This document shows positions 1 to 9,969 of a stretch of DNA of 64,000 nucleotides, in pieces. How positions within the stretch are numbered: the stretch's first letter is position 1; each line of letters starts with the position of its first letter. The notes under the pieces were generated by a model that had not been told where the DNA came from, did no database searches, and worked only from the letters and a program-made list of their open reading frames with translations. Both the position numbers and the translations under genes were made by a program. The DNA is from an uncultured Chloroflexia bacterium (lineage in GTDB: Bacteria > Chloroflexota > Limnocylindria > Limnocylindrales > CSP1-4), in the NCBI GenBank assembly GCA_963746845.1, contig CAVVCZ010000009.1, positions 32,001 through 96,000 on the forward strand, given 5' to 3'.

Positions 1-609
1 CCCGGCCAGATCCCGGTGATCGTCCGCCGATCGTGGACGGCGACGGTCACGCCGTACTTCCCGGCCTCGAGCGCGGGCTGGAGCGCGCGGATCACGGTCG
101 AGATCGGCGTCCAGGTCGTGAAGGTCCCACTCCGTCGCCAGCGCCTCCTGGAGCCGGAACAGGTCGCCGGACGGCGAGGCGAGCTGCGGCGGCTCCACCT
201 CGACGTAATGGAGGCGGACGACCGGGTCCAGGTGGAAGTCCCGGACGTCGAGGTCCTTCCGGACGACCTGGCGATAGACCTGGCTCTCCGGCGGGACGTC
301 GATCACGACGTCGCCGCGGAGATGGGCGGCGCAGGCAAGGCGGCGCTCGTGGGCCAGGCCCTTGGTGTCGCGATAGACCGCCTCGATCGATCCGAACGGC
401 GTCAGGTGGTCCGGAGCGGAGACGATCCCGTGCTTCGCGAACTCGCCGACGCTCTGCTCCACCTGGCAGCGGCCGCAGATCCCGCGCCCGCCGCAGACCG
501 AGTCGATGTCGACGCCGAGCTTCCGCGCGGCGTCCAGCACGGTGGTCCCGGCCTCGAACCGGCCGCGCCGGCCGGACGGGGTGAAGATGACGAGCGGGTC
601 GTCCGCCAC
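1..609 (-). CDS. ASKHA-domain corrinoid reductive activator (RamA/RACo-like) with N-terminal 2Fe-2S domain; 5' part only, apparent frameshift near nt 100
   Basis: Manual translation from GTG at 609: MADDPLVIFTPSGRRGRFEAGTTVLDAARKLGVDIDSVCGGRGICGRCQV...RRLACAAHLRGDVVIDVPPESQ (2Fe-2S Cys motif). Family-like sequence TVIRALQPALEAGKYGVTVAVHDRRTITGIWP continues in another frame. Runs off the window edge. Confidence 0.85.
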   Translation of the reverse strand, partial: MADDPLVIFTPSGRRGRFEAGTTVLDAARKLGVDIDSVCGGRGICGRCQVEQSVGEFAKHGIVSAPDHLTPFGSIEAVYRDTKGLAHERRLACAAHLRGDVVIDVPPESQVYRQVVRKDLDVRDFHLDPVVRLHYVEVEPPQLASPSGDLFRLQEALATEWDLHDLDADLDRDPRAPARARGREVRRDRRRPRSADDHRDLAG

Positions 610-626
610 GGGGTCCCGGCCGGCGG

Positions 627-1583
627 TCAGCCGCGGGCCGCCGTGGCGGCCTCGGTCCCGGCGATCCGTTGCGGTACCTCGACGCCCGCCCGGCGCCGGT
701 TGACCCGTCGGCCACCGGTCTCGCCGTCCGGCGGCGCGACCCGGAACTGCCGGATCCAGCGGGCCGCGTCCTGGTCGTTGCCCTGGAGGACATCGGCCGC
801 CATGACGGCCGTCCGGACGCCTTCCGCGATCGGATTCGTGATCGCGCTGGTGAGGCCGGAGGCGATCGCCATCGCGAGGAAGGAGCCGTTGATTCCTTCG
901 CGGTTCGGCAGCCCGAAGCTGACGTTGCTCGCGCCGCAGGTGGAGTTGACGCTGAGCTCATCGCGGAGCCGCCCGAGGATCCGGAACACCTGGCGGCCGG
1001 CCGTCGGCATCGCCCCGATCGGCATCAGGAGCGGGTCGACGACGATGTCCTCGCGGGGAATGCCGTGGTCCGCCGCCCGCTCGACGATCCGCTTCGCGAC
1101 CGCGAACCGGACGTCCGGGTCCTCGCTGATCCCGGTCTCGTCGTTGCTGATCGCGACGACCGCGGCGCCGTACTTCTTCACGAGCGGCAGGACGCGCTCG
1201 AGGCGCTCCTCCTCGCCGGTCACGCTGTTCACGAGCGCCTTGCCCTGGTAGACGGCCAGACCGGCCTCGAGGGCCTCGACGATCGAGCTGTCGATCGACA
1301 GCGGCAGGTCCGTCAGCGACTGGACGAGCTGGATCGTCCGGGCGAGGATCGCCGGCTCGTCGGCGAGCGGGATGCCGGCGTTCACGTCGAGCATGTGGGC
1401 GCCGGCCTCGACCTGGGCGAGCGCGTCGCGCTCGACCCGGCTGAAGTCGCCGTTCTTCATCTCCTCGGCGAGGAGCTTGCGGCCGGTCGGGTTGATCCGC
1501 TCGCCGATGACCACGAACGGGCGGTCATCGCCGATGACGACCTCGCGGGTCGCCGATCCGACCACGGTCCAGGTGGGGCTCAC
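627..1583 (-). CDS. Pterin-binding methyltetrahydrofolate:corrinoid methyltransferase (AcsE-like / split MetH folate domain)
   Basis: Motifs VIGERINPTGRK, LDVNAG, PLSIDSS, NSVTGE, DPL and GASNVSFGLP are typical of the MetH/AcsE pterin-binding barrel. Confidence 0.9.
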   Translation of the reverse strand: MSPTWTVVGSATREVVIGDDRPFVVIGERINPTGRKLLAEEMKNGDFSRVERDALAQVEAGAHMLDVNAGIPLADEPAILARTIQLVQSLTDLPLSIDSSIVEALEAGLAVYQGKALVNSVTGEEERLERVLPLVKKYGAAVVAISNDETGISEDPDVRFAVAKRIVERAADHGIPREDIVVDPLLMPIGAMPTAGRQVFRILGRLRDELSVNSTCGASNVSFGLPNREGINGSFLAMAIASGLTSAITNPIAEGVRTAVMAADVLQGNDQDAARWIRQFRVAPPDGETGGRRVNRRRAGVEVPQRIAGTEAATAARG

Positions 1584-1981
1584 GCGGACGCTTCCTCGGT
1601 CGGCGAACCGTCCCCACTCGGTCCGGCGGGCACGCCGTCCCTCGCGCCCTTCGGGGTCTCGTCGTGGGCCGGGGGCAGGGCCGGCCCGCCGGCGACGCCG
1701 CCGCTCTGGATCAGCTCGGCGAGGCGGTGCTTGTCGTACTCCGCCTCGAGCCGCTCGGATTCCGCGGTCACCGCCGCCTCGAGGTCATCACCGCAGGCAT
1801 GAGCGACTTTCCGCCACTCCTCGATGTAGTCGTTGTAGGCGCGTTTGCCGGCGCGGCTGGCGGCCTTGTCGATCGCGACCTGGAACCGTGGATGGAGGAC
1901 GACCTTGCTGGCGCGCCGCCCGTCGCGGGCGAGGACCTGGGCCGGGATGTCCCGCCACCAGATCACGGTCAGCGTCGCCAT
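1580..1981 (-). CDS. Virulence_fact-domain small protein associated with split B12 methyltransferase clusters
   Basis: WRDIPAQV...RFQVAIDKAA...YIEEWRK signature. Start and stop overlap both neighbours. Confidence 0.75.
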   Translation of the reverse strand: MATLTVIWWRDIPAQVLARDGRRASKVVLHPRFQVAIDKAASRAGKRAYNDYIEEWRKVAHACGDDLEAAVTAESERLEAEYDKHRLAELIQSGGVAGGPALPPAHDETPKGARDGVPAGPSGDGSPTEEASA

Positions 1982-2632
1982 CAGTGCGGCGCCGCGGTGC
2001 GGGCCCAGACCTCGATCGGCGAGGCGAGGTAGCGGACGCCTGTCGGGCGATGCTCGAAGCTGAGGCCGAGACGATCGGCGGCGCGACGGGCCATGGCGAG
2101 CAGGTCCGGATCGTCGGTCTGGCTCAGGTACACGACCCGGGTGTAGTGGGCGAAATAGGTCGCCTGAAGCTCCGGATGCCGGTCGATCCCGAGGCCACGG
2201 ATGACCAGCCGCTCGAAGTTGCGGGCGAGGAAGTCGGTCAGCCAGAAGGTTCCGGGCTCGGCGTCGGCCATCGTGGCGAAGGCCGCGCTGCCGGCGAAGA
2301 CCTCGTAGCAGTGCGCGCCCGGGAGGCGCTCGACGCCCTCGTCGGCGAGGACCGGGTCGAGCAGCCCACCGGTGCCGCAGTCGGCGTAGGCGATGAAGAT
2401 CCGCTCGTAGCCGTCGCCGCGGGCCTCGTGGATCCGTCGGCGGACCGCGGCCGGGATGCCGCCGGGCCGGTTGTGGAGGTCCGGGGAGAGGCAGGTGACC
2501 TCCAGACCCGGGATCCGCTCGGCGACGGCGAGCAGCTCGCGGGCGAGCGCGCCACAGCCGATGACGAGGGCGCGCGATGAGGCGGGCGGCGGTTCGCCCG
2601 GTCCCTTCGCAACGGTGCCGGGCCGACCGGCC

Positions 2633-2646
<14 letters not shown>
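1981..2646 (-). CDS. DUF1638 domain protein (implicated in cobalamin reactivation)
   Basis: IGCGALARE, LHNRP, YADCGTGG, GAHCYEVF and GTFWLTDFL motifs. Lies next to the corrinoid protein. Confidence 0.85.
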
Positions 2647-3325
<679 letters not shown>

Positions 3326-3368
3326 CGCGTGTCGCTCCTGACCGCCCGCCCCAGAACCCATCCGCGGG

Positions 3369-3403
3369 GTTCCACATCGTGGAACGGTACCGTATGATGG
3401 AAC
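3369..3403. promoter_or_regulatory. Probable IclR-family operator pair in the divergent promoter
   Basis: Perfect palindrome GTTCCAC-ATC-GTGGAAC (3369-3385), followed by a degenerate copy GTACCGTATGATGGAAC (3387-3403) that contains TATGAT. Confidence 0.7.
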
Positions 3404-3429
3404 GCAGACCGAGAATCTAGCCCACGAGG

Positions 3430-4194
3430 GTGCCGGTGTCCAGAGTCCAGTCGATCGAACGGGCATTCGCGGTGCTGTCCGCGTTGACCGACGGCCCCGT
3501 CGGGGTCACCGAGGTCGCCGAGCGGGCGGACCTGCCGAAGTCGACCGCCGCGCGGATGCTCGCGTCACTGGCCGGCGAGGGCGCGGTCGAGCAGGTGCCG
3601 GGCGAGACGCGCTACCGGTTGGGGCCGCGGATCGAGTCACTCGCGACGGCGTTCGGGGCGACGCGGAATCTCGTGACGGTGGCGCGACCGCATCTCACGG
3701 AGCTGGCAGCGGCGGTCGGCGAGGTCGCAGGGCTATCGGTTCCGGACGGCCGCGAGGTCCACTACATCGACCAGGTCGACACGCCGAACCCGAACCCCGT
3801 CGGGATCCGCGACTGGACCGGTTCGCGCGTGCCGATGCACGCGGTGTCGTCGGGGCTCGTCTTCCTCGCTCACCGGCCGGCGGCGACCGTGGATCGTTAT
3901 CTCGCCGAGCCGCTCGCGTCTCTGACCGAGCGGACCGTCACGGACCCGTTGGCCATCCGCGAGCGCCTTCGGGCGGTCGCGCTCGCTGGCTTTGCCTGGG
4001 TCCACGACGAGTTCGCGATGGGGATCTCGTCGGTGGCCGCGGGGATCGTCGACGAGAGCGGCGAGATCGTCGCGGCGATCCATGTCCACGGGCCGTCCTA
4101 TCGCTTCCCGCCGGCCGGCCGCGACGCCGCCCTCGGGCTCCAGGTCGCGACGACGGCGACACGCATCACGAAGGCGCTACGCCAGGACGCATAG
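3430..4194 (+). CDS. IclR family transcriptional regulator
   Basis: VQSIERAFAVL...GVTEVAERADLPKSTAARML HTH and C-terminal IclR effector domain (MHAVSSG...HGPSYRF). Start may be 3436. Confidence 0.93.
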   Translation: MPVSRVQSIERAFAVLSALTDGPVGVTEVAERADLPKSTAARMLASLAGEGAVEQVPGETRYRLGPRIESLATAFGATRNLVTVARPHLTELAAAVGEVAGLSVPDGREVHYIDQVDTPNPNPVGIRDWTGSRVPMHAVSSGLVFLAHRPAATVDRYLAEPLASLTERTVTDPLAIRERLRAVALAGFAWVHDEFAMGISSVAAGIVDESGEIVAAIHVHGPSYRFPPAGRDAALGLQVATTATRITKALRQDA

Positions 4195-4326
4195 GTACCT
4201 TCGTAAACGCTAACTTCCTGACTCCTCCGTGCCTCCTCCACGCCCTGTTCACATCTCTCCTCGACTGTGATCGTCAGCCGGCGAGCGTCCCGCTCACCGC
4301 CAGGACCGAGATCGTCGGAGGACGAC

Positions 4327-4593
4327 ATGAACAACCAACGAGGCAGCGGGGGCCACAAGTGGGCGCTGCTGTTGATCCCGACCGCGCTGATCATCGCCAA
4401 GGGGGCGCGGCATCGCGGGGCCATGTGGGAGGCCGGATCCGGCCCGTCCGGAGCATCCGGATACGGGCATCGTCACCGCGGTCGCTTCGGCGGCGGCGCC
4501 GATCGCCTCCCGCCGAGGATTGAGGCGATGCTCGAGAGCTGGCATACCCGCGCGCATCAAGCGGCGGACACCGCGGAGACGACGACGATCTGA
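4327..4593 (+). CDS. Small hypothetical protein, Gly/His/Arg-rich
   Basis: GGAGG RBS before ATG at 4327. Short hydrophobic stretch WALLLIPTALII, then RLPPRIEAMLESWHTRAH. Confidence 0.6.
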   Translation: MNNQRGSGGHKWALLLIPTALIIAKGARHRGAMWEAGSGPSGASGYGHRHRGRFGGGADRLPPRIEAMLESWHTRAHQAADTAETTTI

Positions 4594-4610
4594 TCGTTAC
4601 CCGCCTGCGG

Positions 4611-6296
4611 TCAGGCCGCGTTCGGGTCCGAGAGCGGCGACACGCCGTGCCGATAGAACGGCGTCGTCTGGGGCGGCGGCGGCGTGTTGCCGGCGATCAG
4701 GTCGGCGGCCTTCTCGGCCAGCATCATCACCGGCGCGTAGATGTTGCCGTTCGTGACGTAGCGCATCGCGCTCGCATCGACGACCCGCAGCCCGTCCGTG
4801 CCGTGAATGCGCATCGTCAGCGGGTCCGTGACGGACGCGTCGTCGGTTCCGAGCCTGGCCGTGCACGAGGGGTGGAGCGCCGTCTCGGCGTCCCGCGCGA
4901 CCCAGTCCAGGATCTCTTCGTCGGTCGACACCGACGGGCCGGGTGACAGCTCGCCGGTCGAGTACCGCTCGAACGCGGGCTGGGTCAGGATCGTCCGGGC
5001 GACCCGGATCGCTTCGACCCACTCCCGGCGGTCCTGGTCGGTCGAGAGGTAGTTGAACCGGATCGCGGGGTGGACGCGGGGATCCGTCGAGGTGATCCGG
5101 ACGTCGCCCCGGGCGTCGGAGTACATCGGTCCGACGTGGACCTGGTAGCCGTGCTTGCTGGGGGCCGGCGTCCCGTCGTACCGGATCGCGATCGGCAGGA
5201 AGTGGAACATCAGGTTCGGGTATGCGACGTCCTCGTTCGAGCGGACGAAGCCACCGCCCTCGAAGTGGTTCGTGGCGCCCGGCCCGGAGCGGCGGAACAG
5301 CCACTCCGCGCCGATGAACGGGCGGCGCCACTTCTCGACCGCGTGCGGTTGCATCGAGACCGGCTCGCGCGAGCCGTACTGGATATAGACCTCGAGGTGG
5401 TCCTGGAGGTTCGCCCCGACGCCGGCGAGGTCCGCGACGACCGGGATGCCGAGCCCGCCGAGCAGCTCTGCCGGTCCGACTCCCGACAGCTGGAGGAGCT
5501 GCGGCGTGTTGAACGCGCCGCCACACAGGATCACGTTGCCGGCCGTGATCGTCTCCGTGCCACCGCCCTGTCGTTCGATCTCGACGCCGGTCGCGCGTCG
5601 CCCGTCGAAGACGATCTTCGTCACGAAGGTGCGGGTCCGGATCGACAGGTTGCGCCGGCCGCGGACAGGATGGAGATAGGCGCGCGCTGCGCTGATCCTT
5701 CGGCCGTGGCGGATGTTCCGGTCGAACGGCGCCACGCCCTCCTGGCGGTAGCCGTTGACGTCGGTCGTCCGCGGGTAGCCCGCCTGCTCGGCCGCCTCGA
5801 ACCACGCCGCGAACAAGGGGCTCGTCGCCGGCCCGCGCTCCAGCGCGAGCGGGCCCTCGTGCCCGCGCCACGGGTCGTCCGGCGCCGCCGCCGTGCAGTC
5901 CTCCATCCGCTTGAAGTACGGCAGGCAATGAGCGAAGTCCCACGTCTCCATGCCGGGATCGGCGGCCCAGCGCTCGAAGTCGAGCGGGTTTCCGCGCTGG
6001 AAGATCATCCCGTTGATCGAGCTCGATCCGCCGAGGACCTTGCCGCGGGCGTGGTACACGCGGCGGTCGTTCATGAACGGCTCGGGCTCGGACTCGTACT
6101 GCCAGTCGTACCAGCGGCTGCCGATCGGGAAGGTCAGCGCCGCCGGCATGTGGATGAACGGGTCGAACCGGTAGTCGGGCCGGCCCGCTTCGAGGACGAG
6201 GACGCGGGTCCCGGGATCGGCCGACAGGCGGTTCGCCAGGACGCTGCCGGCGCTGCCGCCGCCGACGATGACGTGGTCCCACGATCGTTCCGCCAT
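4611..6296 (-). CDS. betA: Choline dehydrogenase (GMC oxidoreductase)
   Basis: [14 protein letters not shown] motif, [29 protein letters not shown] and [13 protein letters not shown]. Betaine-catabolism context. Confidence 0.92.
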   Translation of the reverse strand: MAERSWDHVIVGGGSAGSVLANRLSADPGTRVLVLEAGRPDYRFDPFIHMPAALTFPIGSRWYDWQYESEPEPFMNDRRVYHARGKVLGGSSSINGMIFQRGNPLDFERWAADPGMETWDFAHCLPYFKRMEDCTAAAPDDPWRGHEGPLALERGPATSPLFAAWFEAAEQAGYPRTTDVNGYRQEGVAPFDRNIRHGRRISAARAYLHPVRGRRNLSIRTRTFVTKIVFDGRRATGVEIERQGGGTETITAGNVILCGGAFNTPQLLQLSGVGPAELLGGLGIPVVADLAGVGANLQDHLEVYIQYGSREPVSMQPHAVEKWRRPFIGAEWLFRRSGPGATNHFEGGGFVRSNEDVAYPNLMFHFLPIAIRYDGTPAPSKHGYQVHVGPMYSDARGDVRITSTDPRVHPAIRFNYLSTDQDRREWVEAIRVARTILTQPAFERYSTGELSPGPSVSTDEEILDWVARDAETALHPSCTARLGTDDASVTDPLTMRIHGTDGLRVVDASAMRYVTNGNIYAPVMMLAEKAADLIAGNTPPPPQTTPFYRHGVSPLSDPNAA

Positions 6297-6614
6297 GGCG
6301 GCCGATCCTAGCAGCGGTCCGCTGCCGCCCTCATGGTCGTCGCGTGCGTCGCGGCGGGGCGCGGGGGCGGCTCCGGAGCGACCGACCACCGACGTGCGCA
6401 GACTCGCACCCGAGGAGCGTTCGGACCTCTTCCTGACCGGATCTGGCGTTCTGTGGGGCCGAGTCACGCTCGGGGAGGCGGCTCCTGGTCCGGATTCAGG
6501 CCCGAGGCTGCTTCTTGCGGTCCCCGGACGTACGTCTGAGCAGGTCGGGCCAGGATGACGTCACCACCATTTCTCGCGCGGGTCGCAGAGGGCCTGAGCT
6601 GCCCGCGCAGGTGT

Positions 6615-6854
6615 CAGATCGACGCCCCATGTCGAGTAACGATCGCCGGGTCCGATTTGCCGGCCAGATCGTCACGGGGCGACGACAAGGCGCGCTCAGC
6701 GGGTCGGGACGCACGTTCGGCAGCCCCGACTGAGCGTGGACGCGGCTTCGATGGGCCCGATCTTGCCTCCCGAGCGCGCCTCATCGTCACGGGATGTCGA
6801 TCTGGCACCGGAATCGAGAGGTCTCGCAGTTCATCGACGCCCGATGTCGATGTG
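6615..6854. repeat. Four-box palindromic intergenic element, copy A
   Basis: CAGATC-GWCR-N5-YGWC boxes: forward at 6615 and 6665, inverted ending at 6804 and 6854 (one mismatch in the last flank). 50-nt period. Confidence 0.8.
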
Positions 6855-6889
6855 GCAGGCGCGCGGCGCGCGGCGCGGGGCGCGGCCGC

Positions 6890-7342
6890 TCAGCGATCGG
6901 CGCGGATGACCTCGACCGGGCACGGGGCTCGCTCGGAGACGCTCATCGAGACGCTGCCGGCGATCGCCCGGCCGATCCGACCGCGGCCATGACTGCCCAC
7001 GACGATACGGCTTGCCCCCTCGGCGAGGGCCGCCTCCACGAGGCAGGTGACCGGGTCACCGTTCCAGATCAGGACCTGCACATGGACACCAGCGGCCCGT
7101 GCGCGGTCCACGAGCCGCGCCGCGTCGCGGTTCCGCTCGTCGCGGACCTGGTCGAAGCGCTGACGGAACCGTCCACCGGGCAGCCGCAGCCCGCCCGGGT
7201 CGATCGCATGGACGGCGAGCAGGGGCGAACCCTCCCGCTTCGCCCGCTCGATCGCAGATCGTTCGGCGGCGGCGCTCGCCGGCCCGAAGTCCGTCCCGAG
7301 AAGGATCGGCCCGGAGCCCGCAGCGTCCGCCAGCGTGGCCAT
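6890..7342 (-). CDS. Universal stress protein (UspA family)
   Basis: ILLGTDFG...GDPVTCLVEAA...IVVGSHGRGRIGRAIAGSVSMSVSERAPCPVEVIR. Confidence 0.92.
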   Translation of the reverse strand: MATLADAAGSGPILLGTDFGPASAAAERSAIERAKREGSPLLAVHAIDPGGLRLPGGRFRQRFDQVRDERNRDAARLVDRARAAGVHVQVLIWNGDPVTCLVEAALAEGASRIVVGSHGRGRIGRAIAGSVSMSVSERAPCPVEVIRADR

Positions 7343-7344
7343 CG

Positions 7345-8670
7345 TCACCCCGCCGGGCCCGGGATCCGGCACAGGTACGACGTCGACCCGGCCGCGACCG
7401 CCGCGGACCGGATCGGATCGGCGGTCGCGGCCCCAGCGGTCGCGCTCGCGAGTCTGGCCGAGGCGGTACCGGGCGCCTGGATCACGAGCGCTGTCACCAT
7501 CCCGAACATCCCGTTGGTCCCTTCGGCGTGGGGCAGGATGTGGCAGTGAAAGGCCCAGACCCCTGGGTCCTCGCACTTGACGATCACGTCCCAGCGCTCG
7601 CCGGGGTTGACGCCGAGCGTGTCCGCGAAGAACGGCGACGCGAGCGGATATCCGTCGCGGGCGACGACGTGGAACGGCATCCCGTGGAGATGCCACGGGT
7701 GCATCATCGAGCCCTCGTTCATGAACCGGATCGCGATCGTCTCGCCGACCGTCGCGACGATCGGCGACGTCGCCGGGAAGCCGCGTCCGTTGATCGTGAA
7801 CCCGCCGAGCGAGTCGTTCGAGATCCAGATGATGTCCTGGGTCACGCCGTACTTGCGGTCGTGGCGCTCCGCCGCGTCCTTCGGCTGGACGATGAACGCC
7901 CCGAGCAGCCCGCGGCCGACCTGGTCCGTCGCGTTGTGGTGCGAGTGGTACATGTGCGAGCCGACGGTCCGCGCCGTGAACTCGTAGGTGAACGAGTCGC
8001 CGGGCTTGATCGGGTCCTGGGTGATCAGCGGGACGCCGTCCATGTTGTTCGGGATCCGCTGGCCGTGGAAGTGGATCCCGGTCGATTCCGGCAGGTTGTT
8101 CTTGAAGATCGCCTTGATCCGGTCACCCTCGGTGACCTCGAACCGGGGCCCCGGCCACGTCCCGTTGAACCCGAGCGCGTCGACCGGATCCTTGACCGCG
8201 TCGACCTGGTGCTTGATCGGGTCGACGGTCATCTCGTAGACCTTGACGCCGCTCTCGACGCGGGTCGGCTCGAGCGGCTGGTTGCCGGCGCCCGGGAGCT
8301 TCGAGCCCTCACCGTCGAGGAAGCGCTGGACGACGGCCTGGGCGGCGGCATCGTGATCGGCCGGTGCGGGGGAGCCGGACGCACCCGGCGCGGCCGATCC
8401 GGCCGGCTCGTGGCTGGCATGGTCGCTCGACGGGGCCGGGCTCGCGCTCGGTGCCGGCGCCGCCGGCGTGGACGACGGGTTGGGAGGGTAGCTCCAGGAC
8501 GGCGCTGCGGCCGCCGGCGCACACGCCGCGACGGCGACCGCGACGAGGCCGCCGCCGGTCATGGCCCCGGCACGCAGGATCGCGCGGCGGCTCAGGACGG
8601 AGGCGGCCGAAGGGTTGACGGGGGTCGGGTCGAGGGGGGACGGCGCCGCCTCGGTCTGTGGATCGAGCAT
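7345..8670 (-). CDS. Tat-exported two-domain multicopper oxidase (type-B-like)
   Basis: SRRAILR Tat signal plus lipobox-like VAAC. Copper motifs IHFHG, YHSH, HPWHLHG and FHCHILPHAE...GM; T1 Cys present only in domain 2. Confidence 0.88.
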   Translation of the reverse strand: MLDPQTEAAPSPLDPTPVNPSAASVLSRRAILRAGAMTGGGLVAVAVAACAPAAAAPSWSYPPNPSSTPAAPAPSASPAPSSDHASHEPAGSAAPGASGSPAPADHDAAAQAVVQRFLDGEGSKLPGAGNQPLEPTRVESGVKVYEMTVDPIKHQVDAVKDPVDALGFNGTWPGPRFEVTEGDRIKAIFKNNLPESTGIHFHGQRIPNNMDGVPLITQDPIKPGDSFTYEFTARTVGSHMYHSHHNATDQVGRGLLGAFIVQPKDAAERHDRKYGVTQDIIWISNDSLGGFTINGRGFPATSPIVATVGETIAIRFMNEGSMMHPWHLHGMPFHVVARDGYPLASPFFADTLGVNPGERWDVIVKCEDPGVWAFHCHILPHAEGTNGMFGMVTALVIQAPGTASARLASATAGAATADPIRSAAVAAGSTSYLCRIPGPAG

Positions 8671-8706
8671 GGGGGAACGATCACCTCCGGCTGTCCGACG
8701 CGGCAC

Positions 8707-8742
8707 GTGCCGGACGGCCCGTGGTCGTGTGCCGGAGGTCAC
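8707..8742. promoter_or_regulatory. Tandem DosR/DevR-like boxes
   Basis: GTGCCGGACGGCCC (8707-8720) and GTGCCGGAGGTCAC (8729-8742), 22 bp apart, between the divergent MCO-USP operon and the DosS-like kinase. Confidence 0.5.
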
Positions 8743-8779
8743 GAGCGGGCCGGTGACGTGACGCAGTAGGCTCGCGAGC

Positions 8780-9961
8780 ATGCCAGAGCTGCCCGACCCA
8801 GCGCCCGCCGAACCTGCACCGTCGACCATCGACGCGGCGGCGCTTGCCGCGGTGGATGCCGCCGCGCGCGCGATCTCCAGCGTCTTCGGGGTCGACGAGG
8901 TGCTGCAGCTGATCGTCGATCGCATCCGGGACCTCGTCGACGCGCGTTATGCCGCCCTCGGGATCGTCGGGCGGGACGGGCGGATCGAGCGGTTCATCAC
9001 CGCGGGCATGGACGCGGAGACGCGCGCGGCGATCGGCGATCTGCCCCAAGGTCGCGGCCTGCTGGGGCTGATCATCCGCGAGAACCGGGCGTACCGGATC
9101 CCGTCGATCGCGGACCATCCCGACTCGTCCGGCTTCCCGCCGAACCACCCGCCGATGACGTCCTTCCTCGGTGTCCCGGTCACGGCCCACGGCGTGTCGG
9201 TCGGCAACCTCTACCTGACGGACAAGCGCGGGGCGGCCGAGTTCTCGCCGGCCGATCAGAGCCTGGTGGAGACGTTCGCCCTCCACGCGGGGATCGCGAT
9301 TGACAACGCCCGTCATCACGCGCAGGCCCAGCGACTGGCCGTCGCCGACGAGCGGGACCGGATCGGTCGGGACCTGCACGACGGGATCATCCAGTCGCTC
9401 TATGCCGTGTCCCTGTCGCTGGAGGACCTTCCGGACCTGATGGCGGAGTCCCCGCCGGAGGCCGAGCGACGGATCGACAGCGCGATCGACGCCCTGAACC
9501 TCGCGATCCGCGACATCCGCAACTTCATCTATGGGCTGCGGCCGGAGGCGGTCGACGGCAGCCAGGTCGTCGCCGGAATCGCGGCGCTGGCCCAGGAGAC
9601 GCGAGACGGGGGTCTGCTCGACGTCGTCGCCGACCTGGATCCGACCGCGGACCCCGGGCTCAGCCCCGAGGAAGGAGGCGAGCTGCTCCAGCTCGTCCGC
9701 GAGGTGCTGAGCAACGCCGCCCGACACGCGAAGGCCCGCCGCATCGAGGTGAGCCTGCGGCGAACCGCCGGCGGGACGGAGCTGGTCATCGCCGACGACG
9801 GGATCGGGTTCGACCCCTCGACCGCGCGCGGCGATGCCCACCATGGCCTGCGCAACATGCGGGTCCGGGCGGAGTCGATCGGTGGCACGCTCGCGGTGGT
9901 GTCCGCCCCGGGCGACGGCACCCGCGTCGAGGTCAGCCTGCCGGCACGCGCTCCGGACTGA
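8780..9961 (+). CDS. GAF-domain sensor histidine kinase (DosS/DevS-like, HisKA_3)
   Basis: GFPPNHPPMTSFLGVP GAF motif, RDLHDGIIQSL H-box, and SNAARHA, DDGIGF, HGLRNM ATPase boxes. Confidence 0.92.
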   Translation: MPELPDPAPAEPAPSTIDAAALAAVDAAARAISSVFGVDEVLQLIVDRIRDLVDARYAALGIVGRDGRIERFITAGMDAETRAAIGDLPQGRGLLGLIIRENRAYRIPSIADHPDSSGFPPNHPPMTSFLGVPVTAHGVSVGNLYLTDKRGAAEFSPADQSLVETFALHAGIAIDNARHHAQAQRLAVADERDRIGRDLHDGIIQSLYAVSLSLEDLPDLMAESPPEAERRIDSAIDALNLAIRDIRNFIYGLRPEAVDGSQVVAGIAALAQETRDGGLLDVVADLDPTADPGLSPEEGGELLQLVREVLSNAARHAKARRIEVSLRRTAGGTELVIADDGIGFDPSTARGDAHHGLRNMRVRAESIGGTLAVVSAPGDGTRVEVSLPARAPD

Positions 9962-9969
9962 GACACGGC

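Noticed and set aside
3326-3429. Cobalamin or SAM riboswitch upstream of the B12 methyltransferase operon
   Set aside because: The region is about 100 nt and lacks the B12-box and SAM-I consensus. The operator palindrome explains it.
6615-6854. CRISPR or TIGR array interpretation of the 50-nt periodic boxes
   Set aside because: Only two units per orientation, inverted arms, short conserved parts, and no cas or Nop-domain gene in the window.
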